Notes: generated by a model not told the origin, from the sequence alone. A DNA stretch of 57,301 nt from an uncultured Clostridium sp. (GCA_947088765.1 CAMUHU010000001.1:1-57301), one strand, 5' to 3'. Positions 48,075 through 57,220 are shown, counted from the first letter of the stretch. Numbers and translations: made by a program.

Positions 48075-49400
48075 ATGAAAAGAAAATTTTTATTTATTTT
48101 ATTGTTAGCTTTTGCTTTTTTCGCATTTTTTACTCTTACAGATAATGTAAAAGCGGCTCAACCATCTTATGGAGATGATGGTAATGGATATATTACTCTT
48201 GGTTCTCAAAAATGTTTTTTTGCAAATGGTACACATATTAGTATAGAAGAAAGAGATGATGGAGCTCAAGGAGCTAAAATCGTATGGCTTGATGGAACTG
48301 AAACTAAAACTGTAAATGTTCCTAGTGATATTAACGTATTTGGTGGAGCTCACCATGATGCTACTAATTATCCAAGTACCAAAATTACTATGAATGGCGG
48401 AACTGTTAAAAATATATTTGGTGGCGGTCTTCACCAAAGTTCTGTCACAAATGCAGAGGTTGTTATTAATGGAGGAAAAGTAACTGGTAGTGTAACTGGT
48501 GGTGGTGCAAACATATTTGCTAATAGTGATTCTGGTTCGCACACAGGTTCAAGCTTTGAAACAGTAGTTATTAATGCAACTACTACTATAAATAATGGTA
48601 GTGCATTTACTGTTTATGGCGGTGGTGAAGGATATTCTACTACGAATAATGCAACACTTAACATTAATGGTGGTACTCTTAGTTATGTTACTGCTGGTGG
48701 TTCTAATGGAACTACAGGTAATGCAAATGTTAAAATTACAAGTGGCCAAATTGCTTTATTGCAGAGTGTTAACCGTGGACAGGTTTCTTCAGCAGACATG
48801 CGTGTACTAGGTGGTACTATTGATAAACTTTATGTAGGTGGAGAAACAGAAGATTCAAATGTTACTGGTTCTATTGGTTCTGTAGGTCTAGATATCACTG
48901 GTGGTTCTGTTGTTAATAATTTATACATTGGTAAAAGTGGTGGACAATTAATTGGAACAAATGGAAATAATACTAAAGTAGATGTTGATCTTTACCTTGG
49001 TGCAACTGTAAATATACCAAACCCAAGCGAGTTTCAAAATATCCCAGTTACACATTATGTTTTTGTAACAATAGATGATAACAGATTTGAATTAGAAACT
49101 GGAAAAACTTTAGCTGATATTCCTGAGTTACCAGCTATAAAAAATGTAGCAGGTAAAGAGTTTGTTCATTTTGTTAAGGCTGATACAGGTGAGGTTTTTG
49201 ATGAAGCAACTCAAATTAATAGTAATACAGATTTAAAAACAGTTTATAAAACGGTAGAAAAACCAGCTCCTGAGGTTGTACCAGATAAAAAAGATGAGAC
49301 TCCAAAAACAGGTGAAAATAATATATTTAATATTATAGCTATAACTTCATTAATTTTCTCATTAGTAGGATTTGTTATTGCAAGTAAGATAAAAAGATAG
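48075..49400 (+). CDS. cell-wall anchored surface protein (beta-helix repeats, TPKTG sorting signal)
   Basis: Signal peptide, about 7 Gly-rich repeats (NGGTVKNIFGGG, NGGKVTGSVTGGG, ...), and a C-terminal TPKTG plus hydrophobic helix plus KIKR tail. Confidence 0.75.
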   Translation: MKRKFLFILLLAFAFFAFFTLTDNVKAAQPSYGDDGNGYITLGSQKCFFANGTHISIEERDDGAQGAKIVWLDGTETKTVNVPSDINVFGGAHHDATNYPSTKITMNGGTVKNIFGGGLHQSSVTNAEVVINGGKVTGSVTGGGANIFANSDSGSHTGSSFETVVINATTTINNGSAFTVYGGGEGYSTTNNATLNINGGTLSYVTAGGSNGTTGNANVKITSGQIALLQSVNRGQVSSADMRVLGGTIDKLYVGGETEDSNVTGSIGSVGLDITGGSVVNNLYIGKSGGQLIGTNGNNTKVDVDLYLGATVNIPNPSEFQNIPVTHYVFVTIDDNRFELETGKTLADIPELPAIKNVAGKEFVHFVKADTGEVFDEATQINSNTDLKTVYKTVEKPAPEVVPDKKDETPKTGENNIFNIIAITSLIFSLVGFVIASKIKR

Positions 49401-49406
49401 TCATAT

Positions 49407-49442
49407 AAAGGGAGTTGTAATTTTCAAACACTCCCTTTTACA
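49407..49442 (+). terminator. terminator of the surface protein gene
   Basis: AAAGGGAGT...ACTCCCTTTT. Confidence 0.75.
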
Positions 49443-49455
49443 ATATCATATACTT

Positions 49456-49483
49456 GCGGATGCACGAAGGGCACCCCCACAAT
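49456..49483 (-). repeat. REP-like hairpin, GTGG variant
   Basis: Plus strand GCGGATGCACGAAGGGCACCCCCACAAT, which on the minus strand reads ATTGTGGGGGTGCCCTTCGTGCATCCGC. Confidence 0.5.
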
Positions 49484-49547
49484 CTCAATGTGATTTATAT
49501 GCAGAGTAATAATAATTTTTTATATTAAAAAAAGGAGTAAAATAAAA

Positions 49548-50351
49548 ATGAAAGAAGATAAAAGAAATAATTTTGCTATTATAAAATATTTGACTATAAT
49601 AATTTTTTCTATATTAATTTTAGTATGTGTTATATTTTTAATAACAAGTAAGTATATAGAATATAAAGAGAAAAAGGATTATGAGTTTTTAGCTGATTAT
49701 ATAGGCAATAACGAGGAAAAGGGTGTTTTTACAGATAGTTCACAGGCTAAAGCACAAGATAAATCAGAAAAAATTTTAAAATTGGAAGAATTAAATAATA
49801 AATATGAAGATGTTGTAGCTTGGCTAGAAATACCTGGTACTAGTATTAATTATCCAGTTGTACAGTCTCATAATAATGTATTCTATTTAGACCATACATA
49901 TAAGAAAACATATTCATCTAGAGGGTCTATTTTTTTGGATAAAGATGTGAATTTTGAAAGACCAAGTGATAATTTTTTAATTTACGGTCATAGAAGCAAA
50001 AGTGGTTCAATGTTTGAGGGATTATTGAAATATGAAAATGAAGGTTTTTATCAAGAACATAAAATAATTAATTTCTCTACATTAAAAGAAGATACAGAAT
50101 ATGAAATTTTAGCAGTATTTCGCTCAAAAGTATATAATAAATCTGACACAAATGTATTTAGATATTATTTTTTTATAAATGCTGAAAATGAGAGTGAATA
50201 TAATGATTTTGTATCAAATTCTAAAAATGCTTCTCTTTATGATACTGGTGTTAATGCTTCTTATGGTGAACAACTATTAACTCTTTCTACATGTGCATAT
50301 CATACAGAAGATGGTCGATTTGTGATTGTTGCAAAGAAAAAAACAAGTTAG
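49548..50351 (+). CDS. srtB: class B sortase
   Basis: 267 aa with an N-terminal TM, an IYGHR motif and the catalytic LLTLSTC motif. Confidence 0.85.
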   Translation: MKEDKRNNFAIIKYLTIIIFSILILVCVIFLITSKYIEYKEKKDYEFLADYIGNNEEKGVFTDSSQAKAQDKSEKILKLEELNNKYEDVVAWLEIPGTSINYPVVQSHNNVFYLDHTYKKTYSSRGSIFLDKDVNFERPSDNFLIYGHRSKSGSMFEGLLKYENEGFYQEHKIINFSTLKEDTEYEILAVFRSKVYNKSDTNVFRYYFFINAENESEYNDFVSNSKNASLYDTGVNASYGEQLLTLSTCAYHTEDGRFVIVAKKKTS

Positions 50352-50353
50352 AA

Positions 50354-51092
50354 TTATTCATATTTTACTTCTACTAGATACAACCCCTGTGGTGGCAAAG
50401 TCTTTCCAGCTCTTTCTCTCTTTTTAGAAACAATTATTTCTGGTATTTCTTCTGGTTTTATTTTGCCTAATCCTACTTCTAATAATGTTCCAGATATTAT
50501 TCTTACCATATTATATAAAAAACCATTTCCTGTTAATTCTATATATATTCTGTCTCCGTGTTTTGTAACATCTGCTTTATATATTGTTCTTACACTACTT
50601 TTCGATGATGTTCCACTTGCTTTAAATGCTTTAAAATCATGTTCTCCTTCAAAGTATTTTGATGCTTTTTGCATTGCTTGTATATTTAGCTTTCCAGGAA
50701 AGCAATATTCCATACTTCTATATATTGCTGTTCCATATTCTGAGTTATTTATTATATATCTATATGTTTTTTGTTTGCAATTAAATCTACTATGAAATCT
50801 TTCATCTACTTCTTCTGCTTTTTGTATTCTTATTGATTTTTTTAGATATGTATTTATTGCCATTGGTATTTTTTCTATTGGAATATTAGAGTTAGTTTTA
50901 AAGTTTGCAACTTGTCCGAAGTGCATGAACACCTGCATCTGTTCTACCAGATGCATTTAATTCTACTACCTCACCTGTAATTCTTTGTATTACTTGTTCT
51001 ATCTCCCCTTGAATATTTAATTTATTGGGCTGTTTTTGCCATCCATTAAACCCGCTTCCATCATATTCTATTGTTAATTTTATGTTTCTCAT
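50354..51092 (-). pseudogene. truA: tRNA pseudouridine(38-40) synthase TruA interrupted by a +1 frameshift at CGG
   Basis: [21 protein letters not shown]...[35 protein letters not shown]. Skipping the C (complement of 50918) continues [13 protein letters not shown]... to 50354. Confidence 0.85.
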
Positions 51093-51105
51093 AATTTTAT
51101 TTCCT

Positions 51106-51801
51106 TTATTCAACTCTTTTTTCTTCTTGAACTTTTTTCAATCTTCTCCAATTGTAACTTCCATATATGTCATTTATTAATAATAGTATAGGTCCTACTA
51201 ATACAGAAATTAATGCAGTTTCTCCTGCAATTACTGGAATTATCCATAATGTAATTATAACTATATCATTTGCTATGTAACAAAATAATGAAAGTTCACT
51301 TCTTCTAGCTTCAAAATAACTTGCTAATACACTTGTTACAACTGATATAGAACTTATTACTAATAAATCTGTATTAAATGCTTTCAATAAAAAGTAATAT
51401 ATCCAAAATAATATTAATTGAGATGCTAATGCAATAATTATTTCTTTTCTTGGTAATGTATTAACAATTACTACATCATCTTCCTTATCTTGATTTCTTA
51501 GCCAACTTATAATTCCTATTATCATTATTGGAAATGTTAAAAATATTGTTATAATCAATTCTCCATAATATCCTTGATTATATGATACTATTCCATAGAA
51601 AAATGTACTTATAAATCCTACAAAGTAACATTCAATTTTTCCCTTTGACATTAATAATGCTGTTACTAAATATAGAGATGTATATAAAGTATCTATTATA
51701 GTTCCTTTAAATATTATAGATGATAATATAGAAACAGTTAAACCACATATTAAAAATGTCAATTCAAATTTCGTCCAATCCTTAAAATAGTTCTTTATCA
51801 T
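51106..51801 (-). CDS. pnuC: nicotinamide riboside transporter PnuC
   Basis: 231 aa with 7-8 TM helices and the PnuC-like N-terminus ([12 protein letters not shown]). Confidence 0.8.
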   Translation of the reverse strand: MIKNYFKDWTKFELTFLICGLTVSILSSIIFKGTIIDTLYTSLYLVTALLMSKGKIECYFVGFISTFFYGIVSYNQGYYGELIITIFLTFPIMIIGIISWLRNQDKEDDVVIVNTLPRKEIIIALASQLILFWIYYFLLKAFNTDLLVISSISVVTSVLASYFEARRSELSLFCYIANDIVIITLWIIPVIAGETALISVLVGPILLLINDIYGSYNWRRLKKVQEEKRVE

Positions 51802-51958
51802 TTTTTCTCCTTCTATTTTATATTAAAATTTATATGTAATATTCCTTTATTTAGTCCTTATATATTATATACAATTTTTGTATCTTTTCAATAAGTTTTA
51901 TCTATAATTTTATAAAAATCGGTGTACTCTATCACAGAATACACCATTTTCAATGATT

Positions 51959-52189
51959 TTAGGCATTCCTAAAAGGAAATGCCTGAGTAGGTTCACCTGG
52001 TCCATAAAACCGGATGTGTCTGCTTTGAAAGTTGCCAAAAAAATAATCAATTCCTGCTTTGGCAAAATCCAAATTTAGGTTTTGGGTTGGTTCATTTTCT
52101 CTCTTTTTGCTGTTATAACAGTAAACACACCTCAAATTACATTTACTGGTCAAAAAGAAAGAAATCATTTCTTTGTTGACATGTGGCAT
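51959..52189 (-). pseudogene. radical SAM enzyme N-terminal fragment (truncated remnant)
   Basis: 76 aa starting MPHVNK with RBS AAAGGAG. It has a CNLRCVYC (CxxxCxxC) cluster and a GPGEP motif, then a stop and a terminator. There is no room for the rest of the enzyme before pnuC. Confidence 0.6.
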
Positions 52190-52281
52190 ACTTTCAACTC
52201 CTTTCATCATTATTTGGTTCTTGATTTCACATATACATCTATAAATCGTGAACCCCTTGTTGTAAGAATGCTTCCGATATT

Positions 52282-52310
52282 ATTATAGCATAAAAGTTAC
52301 ATTTTGTAAA
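52282..52310 (-). promoter_or_regulatory. near-consensus sigmaA promoter in front of the radical SAM remnant
   Basis: Minus strand TTTACA, 17 nt, TATAAT. Confidence 0.65.
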
Positions 52311-52315
52311 TAAAG

Positions 52316-52355
52316 CAAAAAAACAGAGTTCCTCTTAATACTTTTCAAGGAACTC
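52316..52355 (-). terminator. terminator of the PIN/AbrB operon (overlaps the PIN stop codon)
   Basis: GAGTTCCTTgaaaagtattaAGAGGAACTC, then TGTTTTTTT on the minus strand. Confidence 0.75.
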
Positions 52356-52736
52356 AGTAGCATTCATAATTTCAGGCTTATCTATATTAATATCATTAAA
52401 ATCTTTATCTCCTGTTATAAATATATCTACATTTTCAATAATTGCTGTATGTAAAATTATATAATCGTCTTTATCTCTAATTTCAAACAATTTATTTTCT
52501 ATATTCATTGGAGAATAAACTAAGTCATATGGAAAATTTTTCAGAAATTCATCTAAATCTTTTTGATCTACTTTAAATTTAGTATTTACTAATTCCTTTA
52601 ATTCCTCTACAGTATATGAACAAATTATTATTTCGTGCTCCTTAGATAGTTTATTGATTAATTTGTTCATTTTATTGCTTTTAAATACAAATGCCGAAAT
52701 AAGAATGTTTGTATTTAACATTATTCTCATTACCAA
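52335..52736 (-). CDS. PIN-domain toxin
   Basis: 133 aa with the PIN acidic residues (LNTNILISA..., ...ITGDKDF). Overlaps the antitoxin gene by 7 nt. Confidence 0.8.
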   Translation of the reverse strand: MVMRIMLNTNILISAFVFKSNKMNKLINKLSKEHEIIICSYTVEELKELVNTKFKVDQKDLDEFLKNFPYDLVYSPMNIENKLFEIRDKDDYIILHTAIIENVDIFITGDKDFNDINIDKPEIMNATEFLEKY

Positions 52737-52990
52737 GCCTTCTTTCTGTTCTTTCTAAATTCTTTTATCATTTCTACAACATCTTCTTCTGTTTCTAATC
52801 CAAGCCTTTCTGCTTCTCCTTCAAATGCTTTTTGTATTTTTTCTAATGCTATCATTGCAGAATTCTGAATAACAATGTCTTCTCCTTTTTGAATAAAAAT
52901 AATTTTACTACCTTCCTTTAAATCTAATAATTCTCTAATAGACTTTGGAATGGTTATCTGACCTTTTGTAGTTACCTTTGCTAATTCCAT
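52730..52990 (-). CDS. AbrB/MazE/SpoVT family antitoxin
   Basis: Start set at MELAKVTTKGQITIPKSIRELL (SpoVT-AbrB fold signature) with RBS AGAGGGG. The ORF-track extension to 53116 crosses a REP-like hairpin. Confidence 0.8.
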   Translation of the reverse strand: MELAKVTTKGQITIPKSIRELLDLKEGSKIIFIQKGEDIVIQNSAMIALEKIQKAFEGEAERLGLETEEDVVEMIKEFRKNRKKAW

Positions 52991-53104
52991 AAAATCGCCC
53001 CTCTTTTTCTCCTTACTTTCCTTACTAATATTGTATGATATTTTTCTTAATTTATCAATATTTTTCTTAAATTTTACTGATAAATTATTAATATTCTTCT
53101 TAAA

Positions 53105-53128
53105 GGGCACATGCATGTGCCCCTACAG
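53105..53128 (-). repeat. REP-like hairpin (CACATG subfamily)
   Basis: Plus strand GGGCACATGCATGTGCCCCTACAG. The GTAG head starts 2 nt after the gltX stop. Confidence 0.85.
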
Positions 53129-54781
53129 TTATTTTATTGCTTTTTCTAGCCTTCTTATTACACTGTCTTTTCCTAATACTTGCATTATTTCGTACATATC
53201 TGGCGTATTTGCTTTTCCTGTTAATGAAATTCTTATGACAGTTGATATATCTCCTACATGCCCTTTGTAGTTTTCTGGATTTGCTTTATATTCTTTTACT
53301 TCTCTTGCATATCCAGATTCTTCTGCTAAGTCTTTCATTTTATTGAACCATGTTTCTTTATCGTCTGATATATTAAAGTATTTTTCAATATATGTGTTTA
53401 CTATATTTTTTATTTCTTCTTTGTCATTTATTTTCTGATATTCATATTGAATTTCTTGGTTTAAATACCTTTCATCATACATATATTCTATGTTTTCTTT
53501 TATTGTAGACCATTTTGATATGTCTTTTCTTGGCTTTTCATTTCCACGTTCTATTCCTAATACTTTTAATGTGTATTCTGTATCTTTTTCTAATAATTCT
53601 TTTAAGTCATTATCATACATATTTGCCCATGATAATGCTTTTTCATATACTGTTTTTGCATCATATTTTGATATTACTGTTTTTGATATGTCTAGTAGTT
53701 TTACCATATCAAATAATGCTCCACTTACACTCATTTTGTTTAATAATAATTCAAATTCATCTATTGAAGCATTTTTGTTTTGCTTTCTCCATAATTCAAA
53801 ATTTGAATTTGCTATATTTAATAAATATTCTTTTACTGCTTCTGATGGAATTCCCTCTTTTGCATAATATTCAACTGCAGCTTCTGGATCTTTTCTTTTA
53901 CTTAGTTTTCTTTTTGCTCCATTTTCTTCTTTTAATATTGGTGCTATATGACAGTATTTTGGTGCTTTAAATCCTAAGACTTGAAATAATTGAACATGTA
54001 CTGGTAATGATGATAACCACTCATCTCCACGTATTACATGTGTTGTTCCCATAAGATGATCATCAACTGCATGTGCAAAGTGATATGTTGGTAGCCCATC
54101 TGATTTTATTATTACTATGTCTTGATTATTTTCAGGGAATGTCACATTTCCTTTTATAACATCTTTAAATTTTACTTTTCTTTCTGCATCTCCTGGTGAT
54201 TTTAGTCTTATTATATATTCTTCTCCATTTTTTATTTTTTCTGCTGCTTCTGTAATTGGAAGATTTCTATATTTAGCCCAAACTCCATAGTATCCCGGTA
54301 TTACTTTTGCTTCTTCTTGTTTTTTTCTCATTTCTTCTAGTTCTTCTGGTGTACAAAAACAAGGATATGCTAATCTATTTTCTATTAAATATTTTGCATA
54401 GGCTTGATATATTTCTTTTCTTTGACTTTGTTTATATGGACCATAGTTCCCAAAGGATTCTTCTTCATTTTTCATTCCTTCGTCTGGTGTTATATCAAAT
54501 TTTTCTAATGCTTCTATTATTCCTGTTACACCATTTTCTACTTCTCTTTTTTGGTCTGTATCTTCAACTCTTAAAAAGAATACTCCATTTGTTTGCGCTG
54601 TAACTTTTCTTGCTATTAATGCAGAATATAATCCTCCTATATGTACAAATCCTGTTGGACTAGGAGCAAATCTTGTTACTATTGCTCCTTCTGGTAATTC
54701 TCTTGTAGGATATTTTTCTTCATAATATGATATATCCTTTATTTCTGGAAATATTAAATTTGCTAAATCTTTATAATCCAT
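53129..54781 (-). CDS. gltX: glutamate--tRNA ligase
   Basis: HIGH-type motif (PTGFVHIGG) and KMSKS-type motif (KLSKRK). Start set at MDYKDLANL (ATG 54781, 9 nt after the GGAGAGGA RBS). Confidence 0.9.
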   Translation of the reverse strand: MDYKDLANLIFPEIKDISYYEEKYPTRELPEGAIVTRFAPSPTGFVHIGGLYSALIARKVTAQTNGVFFLRVEDTDQKREVENGVTGIIEALEKFDITPDEGMKNEEESFGNYGPYKQSQRKEIYQAYAKYLIENRLAYPCFCTPEELEEMRKKQEEAKVIPGYYGVWAKYRNLPITEAAEKIKNGEEYIIRLKSPGDAERKVKFKDVIKGNVTFPENNQDIVIIKSDGLPTYHFAHAVDDHLMGTTHVIRGDEWLSSLPVHVQLFQVLGFKAPKYCHIAPILKEENGAKRKLSKRKDPEAAVEYYAKEGIPSEAVKEYLLNIANSNFELWRKQNKNASIDEFELLLNKMSVSGALFDMVKLLDISKTVISKYDAKTVYEKALSWANMYDNDLKELLEKDTEYTLKVLGIERGNEKPRKDISKWSTIKENIEYMYDERYLNQEIQYEYQKINDKEEIKNIVNTYIEKYFNISDDKETWFNKMKDLAEESGYAREVKEYKANPENYKGHVGDISTVIRISLTGKANTPDMYEIMQVLGKDSVIRRLEKAIK

Positions 54782-54818
54782 ATTTTTCATTCCTCTCCTA
54801 ATTATTATCAATATGATA

Positions 54819-54941
54819 GGTTGGAAAAGAATTATTATTTGGCTAGGCACGCGATGGAGATATTCCATGAGGCGTACTAATGTACGTTGAATGGAAATCG
54901 ACTGAGCAGTAACAACGCCAAATGATGATTATCTTCCAACC
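54819..54941 (+). repeat. long-hairpin element, copy C
   Basis: 25-bp closing stem (54819-54843 / 54917-54941). Core blocks are TTGGCTAGGC...TTCCAT GAGGCGTACtaatGTACGTTGA ATGGAA...AACAACGCCA. Confidence 0.8.
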
Positions 54942-54946
54942 ATATA

Positions 54947-57028
54947 TTATGCGTCAATAATTATTGGCAACACCATCGGATTTCTCTTATTCTTTTGATA
55001 TAAATAATCTCTTATTTTATCTTTTACTGTAGATTTTATTGTTACCCATTCTTTTACATTATTATCTTCAAGATTTGCTAATGTATTTCTTACAATTCTT
55101 TTTATCTCTTCCATTAAGTTTTCTGATTCTCTTACATATACAAATCCTCTTGAGATGATGTCTGGTCCTGATACTACTTGCCCTTCACTATTCATAGATA
55201 TTACAACTACTATTAATCCATCTTGAGATAAATGTTGTCTGTCTTTTAAAACTATATTTCCAACATCACCTATGCCTAAACCATCTATTAATACTTTTCC
55301 ACTTTGAACACTACCTGTTATTTTTCCTTCATCTGGAGTTAGTTCTAGCACTTTTCCATTGCTTAAAATGAATATATTTTCATTTGGAATTCCCATTAAT
55401 TTTGCTGTATCACTATGTGCTACTAATTGTCTATATTCACCATGTACTGGTATAAAATATTTAGGTTTTGTAAGTGCTAATATTAGTTTTTGTTCTTCTT
55501 GTGCGGCATGTCCTGATACATGTATATTCTGTAATGAGCTGTATACAACTTCGGCACCTATTTTCATTAAGTCATCTATTACTTTTGATACAAATTTCTC
55601 GTTACCTGGTATCGGTGTTGCTGAAATAATAACTAAATCGTTTGGTGTAATTTGAACTTTTTTATGTTCTCCTGATGCCATTCTTGTTAATGCTGACATT
55701 GGCTCTCCCTGTGAACCTGTTGTTATTATTGTTAAGGCTTCTTCTGGATATTTATTTATTAATTCTATATCTACTATTGTATTTTCTGGTACATCCATAT
55801 AACCTAATTTAGAAGCAGTTTCTATTACTTTTACCATGCTTCTACCACATATAGCAACTTTTCTACCATATTTTACTGATGAGTTTATTATTTGTTGAAC
55901 TCTATGAACGTTTGATGAGAATGTAGCTATTACAATTCTCTTTTTACAGTTTACAAATAGATTATCAAATACTTCTCCTATTGTACTTTCTGAGTTTGTA
56001 AATCCTTTTTTCTCTGCATTTGTACTGTCTGACATTAGGGCTAATACCCCTTCATTTCCCAATTCAGCAAAACGTCCTAAATCTACTTTTTGTCCATCTA
56101 TTGGTGTATAATCTATTTTAAAATCTCCTGTATGGACTATTACTCCTGCTGGTGTGTGTAGTGCAAGTCCTACTGCATCTGGTATACTATGTGCTGTTCT
56201 TATAAATTCAATTTTCATTTTTCCTAAATTTATTATTTGTTTTTGGTCTACTATGTTTAATTTTGTTGACCTTAATAAATGGTGTTCTTCTAATTTATTT
56301 TCTATTAATGCTATTGTAAATCTAGTTGCATATATTGGTACATTAATTTGTTTTAACAAATATGGTATTCCTCCAATATGGTCTTCATGTCCATGTGTTA
56401 TTACTAGTCCTTTTATTTTGTCTTTGTTTTTTACAAGATAACTCATGTCTGCTATTACAAAGTCTACTCCTAACATATCTTCTGTTGGAAATGCTAGTCC
56501 ACAGTCTACTATGACAATTTCATCTTCATATTCAAACACAGTTATATTTTTTCCAATTTCTAGTAATCCACCTAATGGTATTATTTTAATTGCGCTTGCT
56601 TTAAATCTAAATTCTTCTTTTCTTCTAGTTCTTGGCTTTCTATTATTTTCTCTTCTTTTTGTAGCTACTTTTTTATATTCTATCTTTGAATCAATTTTTA
56701 TCTCTGCTTCGTTATTTTCTATTTTAGGTTCTATTTTTATTTCAGGTCTCTTGTTTTCTTTCTTAGGTTCTATTTTTATTTCAGGTATTTTATCTTCTGT
56801 TTTAAGTTTGTTTTTTACTTTTACTTTTTTATTTTCTGTCTTAAATTCCTTTTTTATTTCTGTTTTTTCTTCGTTTTTTACTCTTTTGTTATAATTATTA
56901 GTCCTTCTTCTCTTTTTTACTTCTTCTTTTTTCTCTGGTATAGAATCTACTGTTAGATTCTCTATTTTGTCTTCTCTCATTTTTTCTTTTTCAATCCTCT
57001 CTTCTCTTTTTTGTTTTTTAATATACAT
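54947..57028 (-). CDS. rnj: ribonuclease J with about 145-aa Lys/Glu-rich N-terminal extension
   Basis: Metallo-beta-lactamase core (IIPLGGLLEIGKN, HGHEDHIGG), beta-CASP and C-terminal domains. No SD before ATG 57028, so the start is uncertain. Confidence 0.85.
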   Translation of the reverse strand: MYIKKQKREERIEKEKMREDKIENLTVDSIPEKKEEVKKRRRTNNYNKRVKNEEKTEIKKEFKTENKKVKVKNKLKTEDKIPEIKIEPKKENKRPEIKIEPKIENNEAEIKIDSKIEYKKVATKRRENNRKPRTRRKEEFRFKASAIKIIPLGGLLEIGKNITVFEYEDEIVIVDCGLAFPTEDMLGVDFVIADMSYLVKNKDKIKGLVITHGHEDHIGGIPYLLKQINVPIYATRFTIALIENKLEEHHLLRSTKLNIVDQKQIINLGKMKIEFIRTAHSIPDAVGLALHTPAGVIVHTGDFKIDYTPIDGQKVDLGRFAELGNEGVLALMSDSTNAEKKGFTNSESTIGEVFDNLFVNCKKRIVIATFSSNVHRVQQIINSSVKYGRKVAICGRSMVKVIETASKLGYMDVPENTIVDIELINKYPEEALTIITTGSQGEPMSALTRMASGEHKKVQITPNDLVIISATPIPGNEKFVSKVIDDLMKIGAEVVYSSLQNIHVSGHAAQEEQKLILALTKPKYFIPVHGEYRQLVAHSDTAKLMGIPNENIFILSNGKVLELTPDEGKITGSVQSGKVLIDGLGIGDVGNIVLKDRQHLSQDGLIVVVISMNSEGQVVSGPDIISRGFVYVRESENLMEEIKRIVRNTLANLEDNNVKEWVTIKSTVKDKIRDYLYQKNKRNPMVLPIIIDA
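56687..56803 (-). repeat. three tandem 39-bp repeats encoding the 13-aa (P/A)EIKI(E/D)(P/S)K.. repeats of the RNase J extension
   Basis: Units start at 56687, 56726 and 56765. The first 22 nt (AGGTTCTATTTTTATTTCAGGT) are identical between units 2 and 3. Confidence 0.7.
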
Positions 57029-57191
57029 GTGAAAAGTAAGTGTGAGTTTTCCACATTCTTTTCCACATAAAACACAAGCTACGATGTACTCACATATTCA
57101 CACCGCTTTTTTAATATTTAATTTTTCCGTTCAACAAATTTAAAATATTAAAAATCTCATCTTTTACCATTTCTGGCAATAGCTGTTTTCT

Positions 57192-57220
57192 ATTATACTA
57201 CCGTATATTAGTTTTGTCAA
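57192..57220 (-). promoter_or_regulatory. consensus sigmaA promoter of rnj (about 155-nt leader)
   Basis: Minus strand TTGACA, 17 nt, TATAAT. Confidence 0.65.

Noticed and set aside
48105-48749. Minus-strand ORFs of 145 and 66 aa, and plus-strand ORF 48595..48810
   Set aside because: They overlap the well-supported surface protein gene in other frames. Their repetitive Thr/Ser/Ile composition mirrors the Gly-rich repeats.
54782-54868. N-terminal extension of the gltX ORF (MEYLHRVPSQIIILFQ...)
   Set aside because: The extension runs into the long-hairpin element, has no RBS and is hydrophobic nonsense. ATG 54781 has a well-spaced GGAGAGGA.
54782-54946. T-box leader upstream of gltX (and likewise for trpS)
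   Set aside because: No T-box sequence (..GGUGGUACCGCG..), no AG bulge/GNUGNNA elements and no specifier-loop layout on the minus strand. The space is filled by long-hairpin copy C. trpS follows rpiB after only 26 nt.
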